A stretch of 20,000 nucleotides of DNA from Folioceros fuciformis. Its lineage: Eukaryota. Positions within the stretch are counted from its first letter, which is position 1, and the number at the start of each line of letters is the position of its first letter. The notes under the pieces are model-generated. The model saw nothing but the letters and a program-made list of their open reading frames with translations. It was not told the origin of the DNA and did no database searches. A program made the translations under genes and the position numbers. The stretch lies in the NCBI GenBank assembly GCA_049999805.1, contig JBNGIO010004204.1:54333-74332 (forward strand). Reading direction: 5' to 3'. Of this stretch, positions 1 to 10,692 are shown piece by piece.

Positions 1-1429
1 TATCTTAGCCACACTTTTTTGAAAAGGGGGTCAACGAATCTTCTATGGCGGCACTAATAGTCCTACTCTTCATCGGCGTGCACTACCCTAGCAATTATTG
101 GTAGGACTTAGCCTCTTGGTAGGTGTGCGCAGTTCAAGTTGGTGGCGCCTAGTGTGAGAGAAGGGTAGCCCACCACCTACATGTAAGAAAGGGTTCATGT
201 GTCGATCTCTCCTATAAAGAAGGGCTACACAAAGAAATGAACCACCACATTCTGCACTCTTCTCATGCTCAGCAGAGCGTAGGAATCTCGTTGCCGGCTG
301 TGTGCCATCATAGTGCCTGGTTGTGGCTAGAGTTGCAATGGTCGAAGTGCTTGGCGGAGGGCTCATATTTTTCCATGGGCACCCCTGCAAGTTGCTTCCC
401 TTGCGAATGGTTGTTGTGCTGCTGTAGGTGGGTGGCAATACCTGTGTGACTCTTGGCTTGAGGGTAGACTCCAGGGAAAGACTCCTAGAAAGTTCTCGCT
501 AACACGCACAAGCACGCAACAACCGGCCCAAGAAAAAACTTGTTGCACTGTTTTTTGGATTGTAAGTGTTTCGTGACGAATAGAGAACCAACTTTCGTAA
601 GCTTGCGTGAACATCCTTGCGGAAGGGGGAGCTGCGAGTGCCCTTTTTGTTGCCAATTGCAAAGTTTCTTGTGATGTCTGGTTGGGAGTGTTGAACGCAG
701 GGAGACGAGCAGTTGGATCGCTTTGGAAGGTGTTGTGAGAAGATTTGTGAGAAAAAGGTATGGAGTGTAGGGAAGTAGAAATCGATAAGGGAAGTACTGG
801 GGCCCTTCCAAGTGAAGGAATGGTGCCTACCTATTGACTAGACGTGTGGTAGGATTGGTAGGTACGTGGTTGGGAGGGTTGACTATTGTAGGGGAACGAT
901 AGATGTAGCTGACCAGGCTCAGAGGGGAGCGATTCCGAGGAAGCCTACAACGACTGTGGGATTGATGTGGCCACGATACATGTGAGCGGGTGCCTTGTAG
1001 GGATACTACACTTGCTTGCCCACATGATAAATGCGTCGAAATTGTAGGAGGGTTATGAAGTAGAGATGGTTCTTAGTCTTCAACTTTTAGAAGGTTAAAA
1101 GTGATTCATGTTCTTGAAAAATCATGAATTTGTATGTTTTGATGAATTAGTGAAAAAATGGGATATGTTATTATACTAAAATTAAAAAAAAAACCCAATT
1201 TATAATAGAAAATATGACATACATATACAGTTACAAGATTAAAAAAATAGAGAGTGCATAAAGTTTTGGGTCCATAATATGGCGGCTAACTCACATTGGT
1301 AGTTTTGGGCACCGGGCATGCCTATGCACCATGCATTTCACCGTGGCCATGCATGAGATATTCTATTTTTCTTTCTGTGTCCAAGATAAAAAAAATTGAA
1401 GAGTAAAGAGGTAATTTCAATAGTGGAAT

Positions 1430-1870
1430 CTAAGAACTATGAGAGTCTTCTCCTTGTGAGCTCATTTCTACCTTTTCATTTGACATTAAATCACAATTTG
1501 AGCTTTCACTTGGTGAGCTTATTACTACCTTTTCGTCAGGTTCTAAAGTGACATCTAAGTCTTCTCTTTGTGAGTTCATTATATCTACCTCTTCATTTGG
1601 TATTAGCTCAGAAACTGAGTAGTTTTCACCTTGTGAGCTTACTTGTACCTCTTCATTTGAGTAGTTATCGTCTTCTGAGCTTATTTGTACCTCTTCACTT
1701 GCATCTACATCACTATACAAGTCTTCTCTTTTTGGGCTCATCGCTGCCTCTTCTTTGGGTTCTAAATTAATCCTTGAGTCTTCTCCTTGTGAGCTTGTCG
1801 CCACCTCTTCCTTGGGTTCCACATCAATTCTCCAGTCTACTCCTTCTGCTTGGAACATACAATCCCTCAT
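1430..1870 (-). CDS. Hypothetical acidic Ser/Glu-rich repeat protein (probable last exon of an unresolved gene, or a pseudogene fragment)
   Basis: 146-codon ORF in AT-rich DNA with 7 degenerate ~19-aa units, E[EK]VxxSS[QP]xE[DN]. A possible upstream exon at ~2033-1925 (GTAAGT donor, phase-compatible NAGNAG acceptor near 1849) and the ORF at 2208-2531 may belong to the same gene. No domain was recognised. Confidence 0.4.
   Translation of the reverse strand: MRDCMFQAEGVDWRIDVEPKEEVATSSQGEDSRINLEPKEEAAMSPKREDLYSDVDASEEVQISSEDDNYSNEEVQVSSQGENYSVSELIPNEEVDIMNSQREDLDVTLEPDEKVVISSPSESSNCDLMSNEKVEMSSQGEDSHSS
1433..1812 (-). repeat. Degenerate ~57-bp tandem repeat (7 units) underlying the acidic ORF
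   Basis: Recurring plus-strand words (t)cttctc(c/t)ttgtgag(c/t)t and acctcttcatttg at spacings of 42-60 bp. Confidence 0.75.
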
Positions 1871-1900
1871 ATGTCAAACTAGAGACTGTCAACACGACAA

Positions 1901-1959
1901 AAGTTCATCTTTCAATTCACTTACTATCAATATGACCAAGTTCATCTTTCAATTCACTT
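1901..1959. repeat. 22-bp direct repeat (period 37 bp)
   Basis: aagttcatctttcaattcactt at 1901-1922 and 1938-1959. Confidence 0.9.
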
Positions 1960-3846
1960 GCACTTGGTTCATGTATTTCGATTGACCTTCCATGTAGTCC
2001 TTGAGGAGGATAGCCTCTATTGATTTCGGGGATCTGCATTTTTAAACAAAAGGATATTCATTGACCAAGACTTATTCAACATTTAGAACTTTAACATTAC
2101 AAAAGATGTTTTCGATTCTTTTCGCATCTAAGGTTTTGTGTTTTAATCAATATATTGACTTCAACACTTCATATATAATACTAAGAGAAATCTCTAAAAA
2201 CTGAAATTCACTCATTTAGCGGAAAGTAAAGCACATTAGCCCACTCTCGTCCTTCTGCGTGGAAACTCCAATATTTCATATCAAATGGGAAGAGATTAGG
2301 ATCAAGTGTATGTTCCGATTGTACTAATGAGTTTGATGGTTGTTTCTTTTGATCGCTAGACATAGAGGTCTTCTGAGTGTGCATGTCCTTAATGTCTTGA
2401 CTGGGTGCATCTACCCCTTTTTGCTTGTCACTGGTGTCCTCTTTGTCATTTGAAAAGGATAGCAATGACACGAGATTGCTTTCTTGTTTCTTCATATTCT
2501 TGTCCATCTTCCAACCACTAATCTCCTCCAATCTTTAAGTAAGCGAGAAGTTTGTTTCTAAATTCTTACTATTGCATCAAAATTCAGCTTGTTTATCCTC
2601 CTTAGGGCTATAAGGATTCCTCAACTTTTTTCGAGATGAGCACAATACCAAATATGTAGGTGCTTTAACTTTGGACTTCTAAGTTCCCCAAATCAAATTA
2701 TAAGCAAACGAGAATGCTTAAAGGTGGATTTTTAAGCGATTCAATTCACTATATGGTGGAATTGAAGTGTTATTGCTCTAGTACTTTAAATACTTTCGGA
2801 TTCATCTTATTTTTTAATTTAAAATAATGGATATTTTTTTAAAATATTTTATATCTGATTTTTAACTATTTGTGCATGTGCATGGCTGGAGAAGGAGGCT
2901 CATGCACCAAGGGTGACCGGCCATCCTGTGCATGGCTTCACGTCGTAACCGGCTTCATGCACCTGGTGTGTGCGCCAGAGAAGCCAATTGTTCAGCGAAG
3001 AGGAGATTCCGTAGGAAGATTGAGGGTCTGTTCCTGGAAGTTACTTCATGCATGGACATAAATAAGAAGGAATATCATAGTGCGCATTGACAATGACTCC
3101 AAGTTACTGTACTTTGTTGTGCAACCGTTCCCCAATAATCGGACGCCAAGGCGCTTTGTGGCATGTCTCATAAAATGCCAAAAAGTTGAACAGGTGCAAC
3201 TGTTTTTATCATCATACGAGACTCTCCGAACACGAACAAGCAAAGCGAAGTTGTAGTTTGTCTAAGTGAAAGTATCTAAGTATTTGACCGCCACAAAGAT
3301 TTTAAGCTCGACGTTTAAGAGTTTCTTTCGAAATTGCAAATTAAGCAAAACCTTACCGTCTATCTAGCTCAAAAAACATGGGACACTGATTCAAGTTGCT
3401 CTCTTCGAGGGCTCTGACCTTTCTGCAGACAAGGCAGGGCCCAACCTCAGTGGCCAAAATGTTTTATTTTTTATTTTTATTTTTATATATTTTAGGAAAG
3501 GGGTTTTACAACTTGGAAGAGAATTTACAGAAAGAAATTCGGATGACCTTGAATGATATGGCGCTCCCACTAAAGGTTCTCAAGCTCCGTCTTACTTTGT
3601 CTACAAAAATTGGCTGAAAAAACGTCAGGCTGGAACACCATTTTGTCAAAAAGCTATCTGAAGTTCTGCCATCAAGTAGGTAAGTCCCAACAAAATTACC
3701 AGGATGTGGTCCCATTGCTGTTGTACTTGTTATCTTCAAAACTTTGTGGGCAGTAACAGAAACCCACAGTCGACTAAAGGCACCCTCAGTCCTCGCTTCA
3801 GTTTCAGGGTCACATGAACGAGAGACTCACTTTATCCTGCAGCATG

Positions 3847-6800
3847 TCACGTGCCCACAGTCTCTGGGTAAGTCCTGAAAAAAACAATTTCCAGGCAGGG
3901 TGAGACTGACCCTGACCTCCAACACTGCTCACTGGTTGTTTGGGTGTTGGCATACGAGGTATTGATCTCAGCCTCTGGCTCCGATGCGTAGTCCACCACA
4001 GCGTTGGACTCGTCCACCTTCATAAAGCCGGACGTGTCCAACTCCGTAGCCGAGTCCCGTAGCACTGGAAAACTTCTCTCGCCACTCAAACGCTCAGCGG
4101 GGCCTCCTGCTCTCGGTGTCAAGCTGTTGATAACAGTTGGTGACAGCACCTCACCAGGCTCTGCCACAAGCAAACCAGGTTTCCTCTCCCCCAGCATCCA
4201 CTGATCACATGATCAAAGGCAGAGAACCGATGTTCAAATATGGAAACCGATCCGACTACAGATCGACGGGCTCCCAGTCATACCAAGCGCGACTGCTTAC
4301 CAGATCCGAATCCAACCTCTCCGTGCTTGCTCCCGGACTGTTTTGACCAGTTGGAGCCGAATCAGGCTGGAGCTGCTCTGGTGGCGTCGACGATGCCGGC
4401 AGCTGAGACCCATGTGGTGCACCCTCTTGATAGGGATGCATACCCCCCAGCGTTGGTGGACCTTGAGGTACTCCAGGGAAACTGTGCGTCGGCCCGCTGA
4501 AGTTGAACGGCTGCTGAGGTGCAGACCTTTCGGAGCCTGAAGTGGAAACCTCTGTCTGGGTGAGGGTAGAGACTCCAGAGTACCCATACACCATATCCTG
4601 CTGTGAATGATTGTCTCGAGGGTCACTGGATCGGCCAAGTGGAGGGGAAGGTGTACCTGCCATTGTCTGCTCATACATTTCTCCGCTAGTTGCTGCGAAA
4701 GAAGTACGCCACATGAAAATCAGACCAGTTCAGCTGAAGCGTAAACTTCAGACCGAAATGGCAAAAATCTCTTGATGAAATTCATCTCGTGATAGTTCAA
4801 CAAAAAATCTCTTGATGAAATTCATCTCGTGATAGATCATCGGTGCAGCCCTATCAATCACCGTACTACAGTATGGTTCAGCCAGGGCGTAGGCAGGAGA
4901 ATCTAAAATCTACATCTTTTACCCCAACATTCCCTAAACCGAAAAGCACTTTGGAAATCCAAATGCACAGGGAAGACTTCAATAACAAGAAGGTACATGT
5001 TTTCGAAAAGGTACACCTACACTAACCTGAACCTGCACTTGGAGACGTCGACAGCGTGCCTTGGATCATCCCTCCACCTGGCGGAGAATGCTGTAAGTTG
5101 CCCATGTTGTCGCATTCTAAAGCAGCAGCCGATTGCTCTTGCCCTTCATTCACTGCGCTTGTGTGAGATCCCATACCATATTGTTCTGCGCTGCACATGA
5201 GCTGCACACCTTGTCCTGCATTCAGGTTGAGCGTCCGTTGGTCGTAGGGGTTGATACCTAGACCTGCAAGATCTGATACCCCTGTCTCCAGAGCCGGGTT
5301 CGTTCTTCCCAAGTTGTAACTCGATGGGCCCATGTTGCTAAAACCTGCTGCCGAATACAGGTCGTCCGGAGTTGCTTGGACCATTCTAGACAGGTTGGTA
5401 GTGGCAGACGCTTCAATCTGGCTGGTCGGTGTTGCACTAGCGTTACCCACTAGATAGTTTCCCAAGTTCCACGATCCACTGTTTTGCAACGACCCGGGAT
5501 GCAAGGTACCGTAGCTAGGCCTTGGACCATAGGCTGAGGCACTTTGATATTGGAGCGCTTGATTGTATCGAAGAGTAGCTTGGTCAAAAAGCAGGGGGGG
5601 AGTACCTTGAAATTTGGCCAAGGTATTCAAGTTTTGCCTGCAGAAATGCACAAGACAAAAGCAATCGATCAGCACAAGCCATGAGCACTCAAGCCACACA
5701 CCCCAAAAATTGTCCAGTCCAGAAAATAAAACAGAAATAAACGAGAGGGACAGGGACAAGAACAAGGAGGTGGAACTCACATGGGTAGGCCTGTGAAGGC
5801 CCCGGGTAAGCCCTGTAGCCCTTGCTGCTTAAACACCAGCTTGTGCGCATTATCCAATTGTTCCTTCTCCCTCTCTGCATTGAACAGAACTTGCGTTTAT
5901 GCAAGCAAGCCTCGTCTATGGTCGACAACAAAAGGTACCTATAGCGCTCTAACATTTCACCTTGCCGATGGCGGTTCATGTGTCCTCCCAGGGCTTGCGA
6001 TTTATCGAAACTTTGAGAACAGAACCGGCACGCATATGGCTTAGCCGGTGTTTCATCGCTGTCGGACTTCCGCTTCTTCTTGTCTGAGGAGGAGACCCGA
6101 CCGGCGTTCACCAAGGATGAGAACAAGAAACCTCAAACAAGCAGCAGCCACTCCAATTCATCGGACACAGCTGTATGTGCTGAGGAGGAAGGTGCGAAGG
6201 GCATACCTGATCTATCCCCGGAAGATACACTGTTCGGGCTGGTAGGACTCTGCGAGCCAGATCCGTGAGTTCTCCATGAGATGGGGTCGACAGCGTCCGG
6301 AACGTCAGCCCCAACCTGGGGCACTCCGGAGAGCTGGAGCTGTTGTTGCTGGCGCTGCTGGTGGAGAGACTGTGTCCCTACAGAGCTACCGTAGAGAGCA
6401 GCAGCAGAACCAGCACGGGCAGCAACAGAGCTAGCACGGGCAGGAGCGCCCTCACTATGCTGCCGCTGCAATGCGGAGAAGGAAGGGGGGGAGTTCCTGA
6501 GGTGACCGACTTGAGGTATCGTTGTATCAAATCCTCTAGAAAGAAAGGACGCCTGGTTAAATGGCCTGTTCGGGTTCACGGTGGCGGTTGTACGAGATGC
6601 AAGACCATGCATCCCGGAGGTGTTGCCGGGGTACAAGACAGTACCATAGGCCGTAGGTTCCTGGAGATTATTGGCATCTGTGTGCTGAGGCTCGAACCGC
6701 CGACCACCTCCCCCTGGCCCGCTGCCTTGGTCAACACCAACACCATAAATGAATTGGGGCTGCCTCGCCTCTATGGAGGCGTCTTGAATTGTATCGCCAA

Positions 6801-7736
6801 ACCGCCGCCCAGCAGTCACAGTGTCGTAGAAAGGGGTCGGGTTCTCAGAATTGCCCGGCCTTCCTGTAGACAAAGGGATCGTACCAGAGATGGCCCCTGC
6901 CTCTCCCGACTCCGCTACCTCGTCCACGTGCTCCGCGGTCACGTGAATATTTCCTGCATTCACGCGAGAAACTTAGAGGCGGTGCATGCCAGAGGCGGTG
7001 CGGTGTAAGACGAGGAGGAGAAGGAGGAGGAGGTGGAATTTGGAGACGGTACCAGGACCTTCCTCCTCCGCAAGCGAGCCGGTCTCTACTCCTCCGTGCT
7101 CATCGTCAGATTGAGTATTCAAGTCCGTTTGGCTCCGAGATCTGTCGCGGGAGCACACAGAATCGACAAACGCAAATGAAGAAGAAGCCTCGAGTAAATT
7201 GACATCCACGATCCACGATCGTGCAATCACCAGAGCAAGTCTCTCCCACTCTCTCTCACACACACACTCGCACGCACGCAGGCAGGACAAACGGCCTTCC
7301 GGGTCATGGACACATCCACCGTATCCAAAGTTCGCAAGAACAACTTCCGATGAAATTTGGAAGGTCTCAAATTACTCGGTAAGACAATTCACCGCCTGCA
7401 CGAAAAGAGGCGCAAGAAGGACTGACAGGCGACCTCAGAAGAATGTACGAGCAAGCCAAAATCCAATGGCCCGTATGTTGGCTGCAATTCCAACCACCGG
7501 GTGAGGAACACACCTATCGTTATGTCGAGCTGCGGTGGAGAGTGGCTGCCTTGCACTCCAATAGTGCATATTAGAGATGGGGATTTCGGTGAAGGAGTCG
7601 GCTAGCTGGATATCCAGATCCGAATTCTTTTGCAAGTCCTCCTGGATTCCGACATAGTTGTTCCCCGTCACCGCGACCTGACCGGGCACCACGTCCCGGT
7701 CCGTCTCTACTGTCACTGCCTCCAAAGGAGACGACC
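3847..7736 (-). CDS. Single C2H2 (QALGGH) zinc-finger transcription factor, JAGGED/NUBBIN-like finger, with long low-complexity flanks; 5' and 3' ends approximate
   Basis: Spliced core: DKKKRKS(NLS-like)..KPYACRFCSQSFDKSQALGGHMNRHRQ|EREKEQLDNAHKLV, matching the JAG-type finger and following helix (CRFC..KSQALGGHMNRHRQERE..L..A..LV). Phase-consistent GT-AG exon chain: 7736-7514, 7141-7053, 6953-6207, 6083-5961, 5874-5781, 5637-5027, 4692-4301, 4200-3847, the last possibly with an in-frame 81-nt intron at 3955-3875. Exons from 6953 to 5027 are well supported, the outer exons less so, and the start codon was not identified. Confidence 0.8.
4763..4835. repeat. Intronic tandem duplication, 33 bp identical (period 40 bp), each copy with an internal palindrome
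   Basis: aaaaatctcttgatgaaattcatctcgtgatag at 4763-4795 and 4803-4835; contains gatgaa-a-ttcatc. Confidence 0.92.
5961..6083 (-). other. Exon encoding the basic NLS-like patch and the C2H2 QALGGH zinc finger
   Basis: Encodes KKKRK, CxxC-x12-HxxxH and QALGGH. Flanked by a cag acceptor (6084-6085) and a GTGAAA donor (5960). Confidence 0.92.
7241..7280. repeat. Compound microsatellite (CT)n(CA)n(CACG)n in a predicted intron of the zinc-finger gene
   Basis: ctctcccactctctctcacacacacactcgcacgcacgca. Confidence 0.75.
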
Positions 7737-8831
7737 CTGTGTTGAGACGAGACGACTTCAAGTACGGGCACTTTCAGTCGAGGTGCGGGTGCCCGTGTCT
7801 GTGTGCGTGGTCATACGGGCTGCAGATGCCCAGTTCCACAAAAACCTCACTATGGTGGCCCGGCTTAACGAACTTCCCCGGCACAGCATCCCCGGATCTG
7901 CCACTCCTTGTTTGTCTGGACTAACCTCCGCTCCCGCTCAAACAGTGGAATGACGATGCTTGCACAAGTACTGGCTCGGGAAGCCACGGGTTAGGAAACT
8001 TCTTAATCGGGCTCCTCGCGCTTTTAGAAACCGCGGGGCTCGAATCGCCATCGTTTGTGAACCATTCAAAACTGCCCTAAATTCTACAGCACTGTTTATC
8101 GCATTTCCGACACAATTCGGACAAGGGGCTTCCTAGAAGCATCGCGGATCGAAAAGGTCGATCTCCTCCGCATTCGACGAATTCAAGGGTGGCCATAATA
8201 AGGCCATTCCTAAATAAGAAGGGCTATTGGACCACATTTACGGACAACACTCCTTCGTGTCTTATCTCTAGCCGAGGGATGGGACTCGGAAGCTTTCAGC
8301 CCAAACCTGGTGGAGGAGTATCATGCGAGACATGCGACCATTCCACAGTGTGCCCCCTAAGTAGGGATGGAGTCAGGGGAATGTGTGTGTTCAGTTCAGG
8401 CATCCGGTACTTTTGTAAGCACATAAAAGACGTGAAAAAGGATGGGGCCGCACTCTGGCTTGGCCAACTTCATCCTCCACAGAAACCCAACTTCCCCCTT
8501 TCGAATTCGAATGTGACAAATGCAGGGGAAGCCAAGCACCAGACCAGGGAACACTCAAAGACATACGAACTGCATCCATGCCTGAGACGCACATGTCACC
8601 TAGTCAAGTATTTACAAAGAGTGATACAAACAAATGCATCTCATGGGGACACAAGAAGAGAGTCGCCCTGATGCTGAACTAGAAGCAAAAGAGAGTACAT
8701 CATTAAATACGTAATACTAGTAGTACCTGCCAGCTCCGTCCGTCTATGAGCGACCTGCACATTGCTAAGGCATGTCTATCCTACGGCTCGATTCCCGACA
8801 GAAGCGGCCCCTTTCCTACAGATCTAGCAAG

Positions 8832-9458
8832 CTACACATTGGAGGCTGGAGCAGTGACTTGTGCAGTAGCGCTGTAGCGGACAGCCAGTTCGCCATACAC
8901 TCCCTTGTCATCATCACCCTGCAAAAAGGTGTTCCTGGCATTCACCGTGAGCATGACAACCACAAGCCAGAAGAGGGTGGCATCCAGGGCCAGGAACGCC
9001 GCTGCTCCAAACAGGCCCGGCTTTGCTGTAGGGCAGGACGAGACCGAGGCATCCACGACATGAAACTTCCGACGAGCGGCTTCAGCTAACGTGGCCCATA
9101 GAAGCAGGCCCCCTGCAGTCAGGGACAGGGCAAAGGAAATCACAGAGAAAAACACGAGGCCTTTGCTCTTCAGTAGAGCGAGAACGGGAACGGACTTCTG
9201 GTCGTAGGGGTACACCAATGCCACCAATGAAATGATGAGGGACACCACCACAAAAATCAGGCCCGCCGTGCCTAAAGCAGGACTGCTGTCCTTGGGGTAG
9301 GAGCAAAATTGAAGGTTTCCAATCAACACCGGCGCAAGAGCACCCTCCGTCGGCTTTGCATTCTCCGCTATCACTCCAAGAATGAAAGCCGTTACTCCGG
9401 AGAACAAGATAGCGTTACTCAAAATCAAAACATCTGAGAACCGCTTCCTCAACGCCAT
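8832..9458 (-). CDS. DUF1218-family plant membrane protein (208 aa, about 4 hydrophobic helices, single exon)
   Basis: ATG at 9458 (MALRKRF...). Family-typical motifs AFILGVIAENAKP, CSYPKDSSPALG, CPTAKPGLFGAAAFLALDATLFW. The ORF is uninterrupted to the TAG at 8832. Confidence 0.9.
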   Translation of the reverse strand: MALRKRFSDVLILSNAILFSGVTAFILGVIAENAKPTEGALAPVLIGNLQFCSYPKDSSPALGTAGLIFVVVSLIISLVALVYPYDQKSVPVLALLKSKGLVFFSVISFALSLTAGGLLLWATLAEAARRKFHVVDASVSSCPTAKPGLFGAAAFLALDATLFWLVVVMLTVNARNTFLQGDDDKGVYGELAVRYSATAQVTAPASNV

Positions 9459-10212
9459 CGCGACTCGTGCTCCTGCTCCTACTCCCGCTCCTCCTCCGCC
9501 ACAAGCAGTGAAACCCCTGCTCACAGCAGATCGAAGCCTCCTTGAGAGCTATGGTCGTCGGGTATTCCGCCCGCTACCCCGATCGTCCGGTCCCGGTCAA
9601 GCAAGAAAGCCGGAACACGGTAAGACGGCCGCCTTCCGTGTTCACACGGCTCCCAACAATATTGAACCCTATGCCAGTAACGGTGTGAAACGGGTTCCCG
9701 TTTGCTCGGCATGGCTGCGGCGTATAGATATAGGACTTCAACAGATTCACGAGTCTTCCCGTTCATGGAATAAGAATCGAGTTCACATGTTTATTTTTCA
9801 ACCATTTCACGTGCATTTCGATGTGGACTATTTTTGAATCCGGCAACTTTATCCAAACGTACTACTTAAAATTATTTTAAGATCTCTAATAAATTATTAA
9901 ATAGTTTTTAAATTAGAAATTTGATAAATATGTATGGTGTACTAAATGCTCATCCCTTTTGAAACTAGAGTTCCTGCTATCTTTCTACGCCATATTCCAT
10001 AAATTCTAACCTATAAATATGTGTCATATACATTTTGGTTTCTCATACGCCATCACATGTGAGTCAACATTGAAGTATTTTCCTCCATGTAATGAGTTCT
10101 TCATAGATTTTTACTCTCATCGCGTTTAATAATAACCCCTTTCACATTACCCTAAAAGTAGTAAAAGTTTATCGCCTTGGCTCGGATTTGTGTGGTGAAT
10201 GCTAGGGAACTT

Positions 10213-10403
10213 CATGCAGACTTCATGCACAAACGAACGATGAGCTGAACTGTTTGTTTGTCCTAACATAGTAACTAAGCTAAGCATGCAAGAGCTGCAT
10301 GCAAGAAAGGCATGCATGATTCTAGAAAGGTAAGCCTCAAAAGGGCTTCGGGAAGATCCTCCGAGGATTGAAGGCATTCAAGCATGCATGCATGAGATGC
10401 ATG
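10213..10403. promoter_or_regulatory. Cluster of RY-like motifs (CATGCA) upstream of the DUF1218 gene
   Basis: CATGCA at 10213, 10224, 10285, 10298, 10311, 10383 and 10387, including CATGCATG. A G-box CACGTG lies at 9808-9813. Function is inferred only. Confidence 0.4.
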
Positions 10404-10414
10404 AATCTAGCAAA

Positions 10415-10692
10415 GCAATCCTCAATGTAAAAAGGGCTTAGGATCCCATAGATCTAGAAAGGCAATCCTCAATACAAAAAGGACTTGGCTCCTCTATAGA
10501 GGATCCACAACCTAAGATCACTTCAAGGATTGATGGGGATTCGAGGAGAACAAAGCTAGAGATTGTGGCCTCTCAAGCCTAGGATCAAGCTAGAAACTTG
10601 AGGCTAGGCGGGCTTAAAAGGTAGGACTGGGGCTAAGAGGGCCTCAGCCTCAATACAAAAGGGGATAATTCTCAACGTAGAAGGGGCTTAGA
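10415..10692. repeat. Dispersed degenerate ~24-bp repeat (ctcaa[tc][ag][ct]a[ag]aa.ggg), possibly an old TE or satellite remnant
   Basis: aatcctcaatgtaaaaagggctta (~10417), aatcctcaatacaaaaaggacttg (~10464), gcctcaatacaaaagggg (~10647), ttctcaacgtagaaggggctta (~10669). Confidence 0.55.

Noticed and set aside
1..1080. Possible retroelement/LTR or gene fragment (several ~100-aa ORFs, G-rich plus strand)
   Set aside because: No recognisable gag/pol/transposase motif, PBS, PPT or terminal repeat, so it is left unannotated.
3046..3846. Further small 3' exons of the zinc-finger gene (splice-like sites near 3830, 3615 and 3595)
   Set aside because: Several incompatible options exist and no homology helps choose among them; the region may be 3' UTR.
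4763..4835. CRISPR-like palindromic direct repeats
   Set aside because: Only two copies separated by 7 bp, inside a plant intron, with no cas genes.
6343..7008. 221-aa plus-strand ORF
   Set aside because: It is antisense to the large zinc-finger exon, has a non-ATG start and shows no recognisable motif.
7800..8200. Candidate first exons of the zinc-finger gene (e.g. phase-1 donor GGAG|GTTAGT near 7925)
   Set aside because: I could not link them to a convincing ATG, so they are left out of the model.
8189..8671. 160-aa plus-strand ORF between the DUF1218 and zinc-finger genes
   Set aside because: GTG start and no motif; the region is better explained as DUF1218 3' UTR and zinc-finger promoter.
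8835..9524. N-terminal extension of the DUF1218 ORF (GGGGAGVGAGARVA)
   Set aside because: It starts at a GTG and comes from a short 5' UTR hexamer repeat; the ATG at 9458 fits the family's N-terminus.
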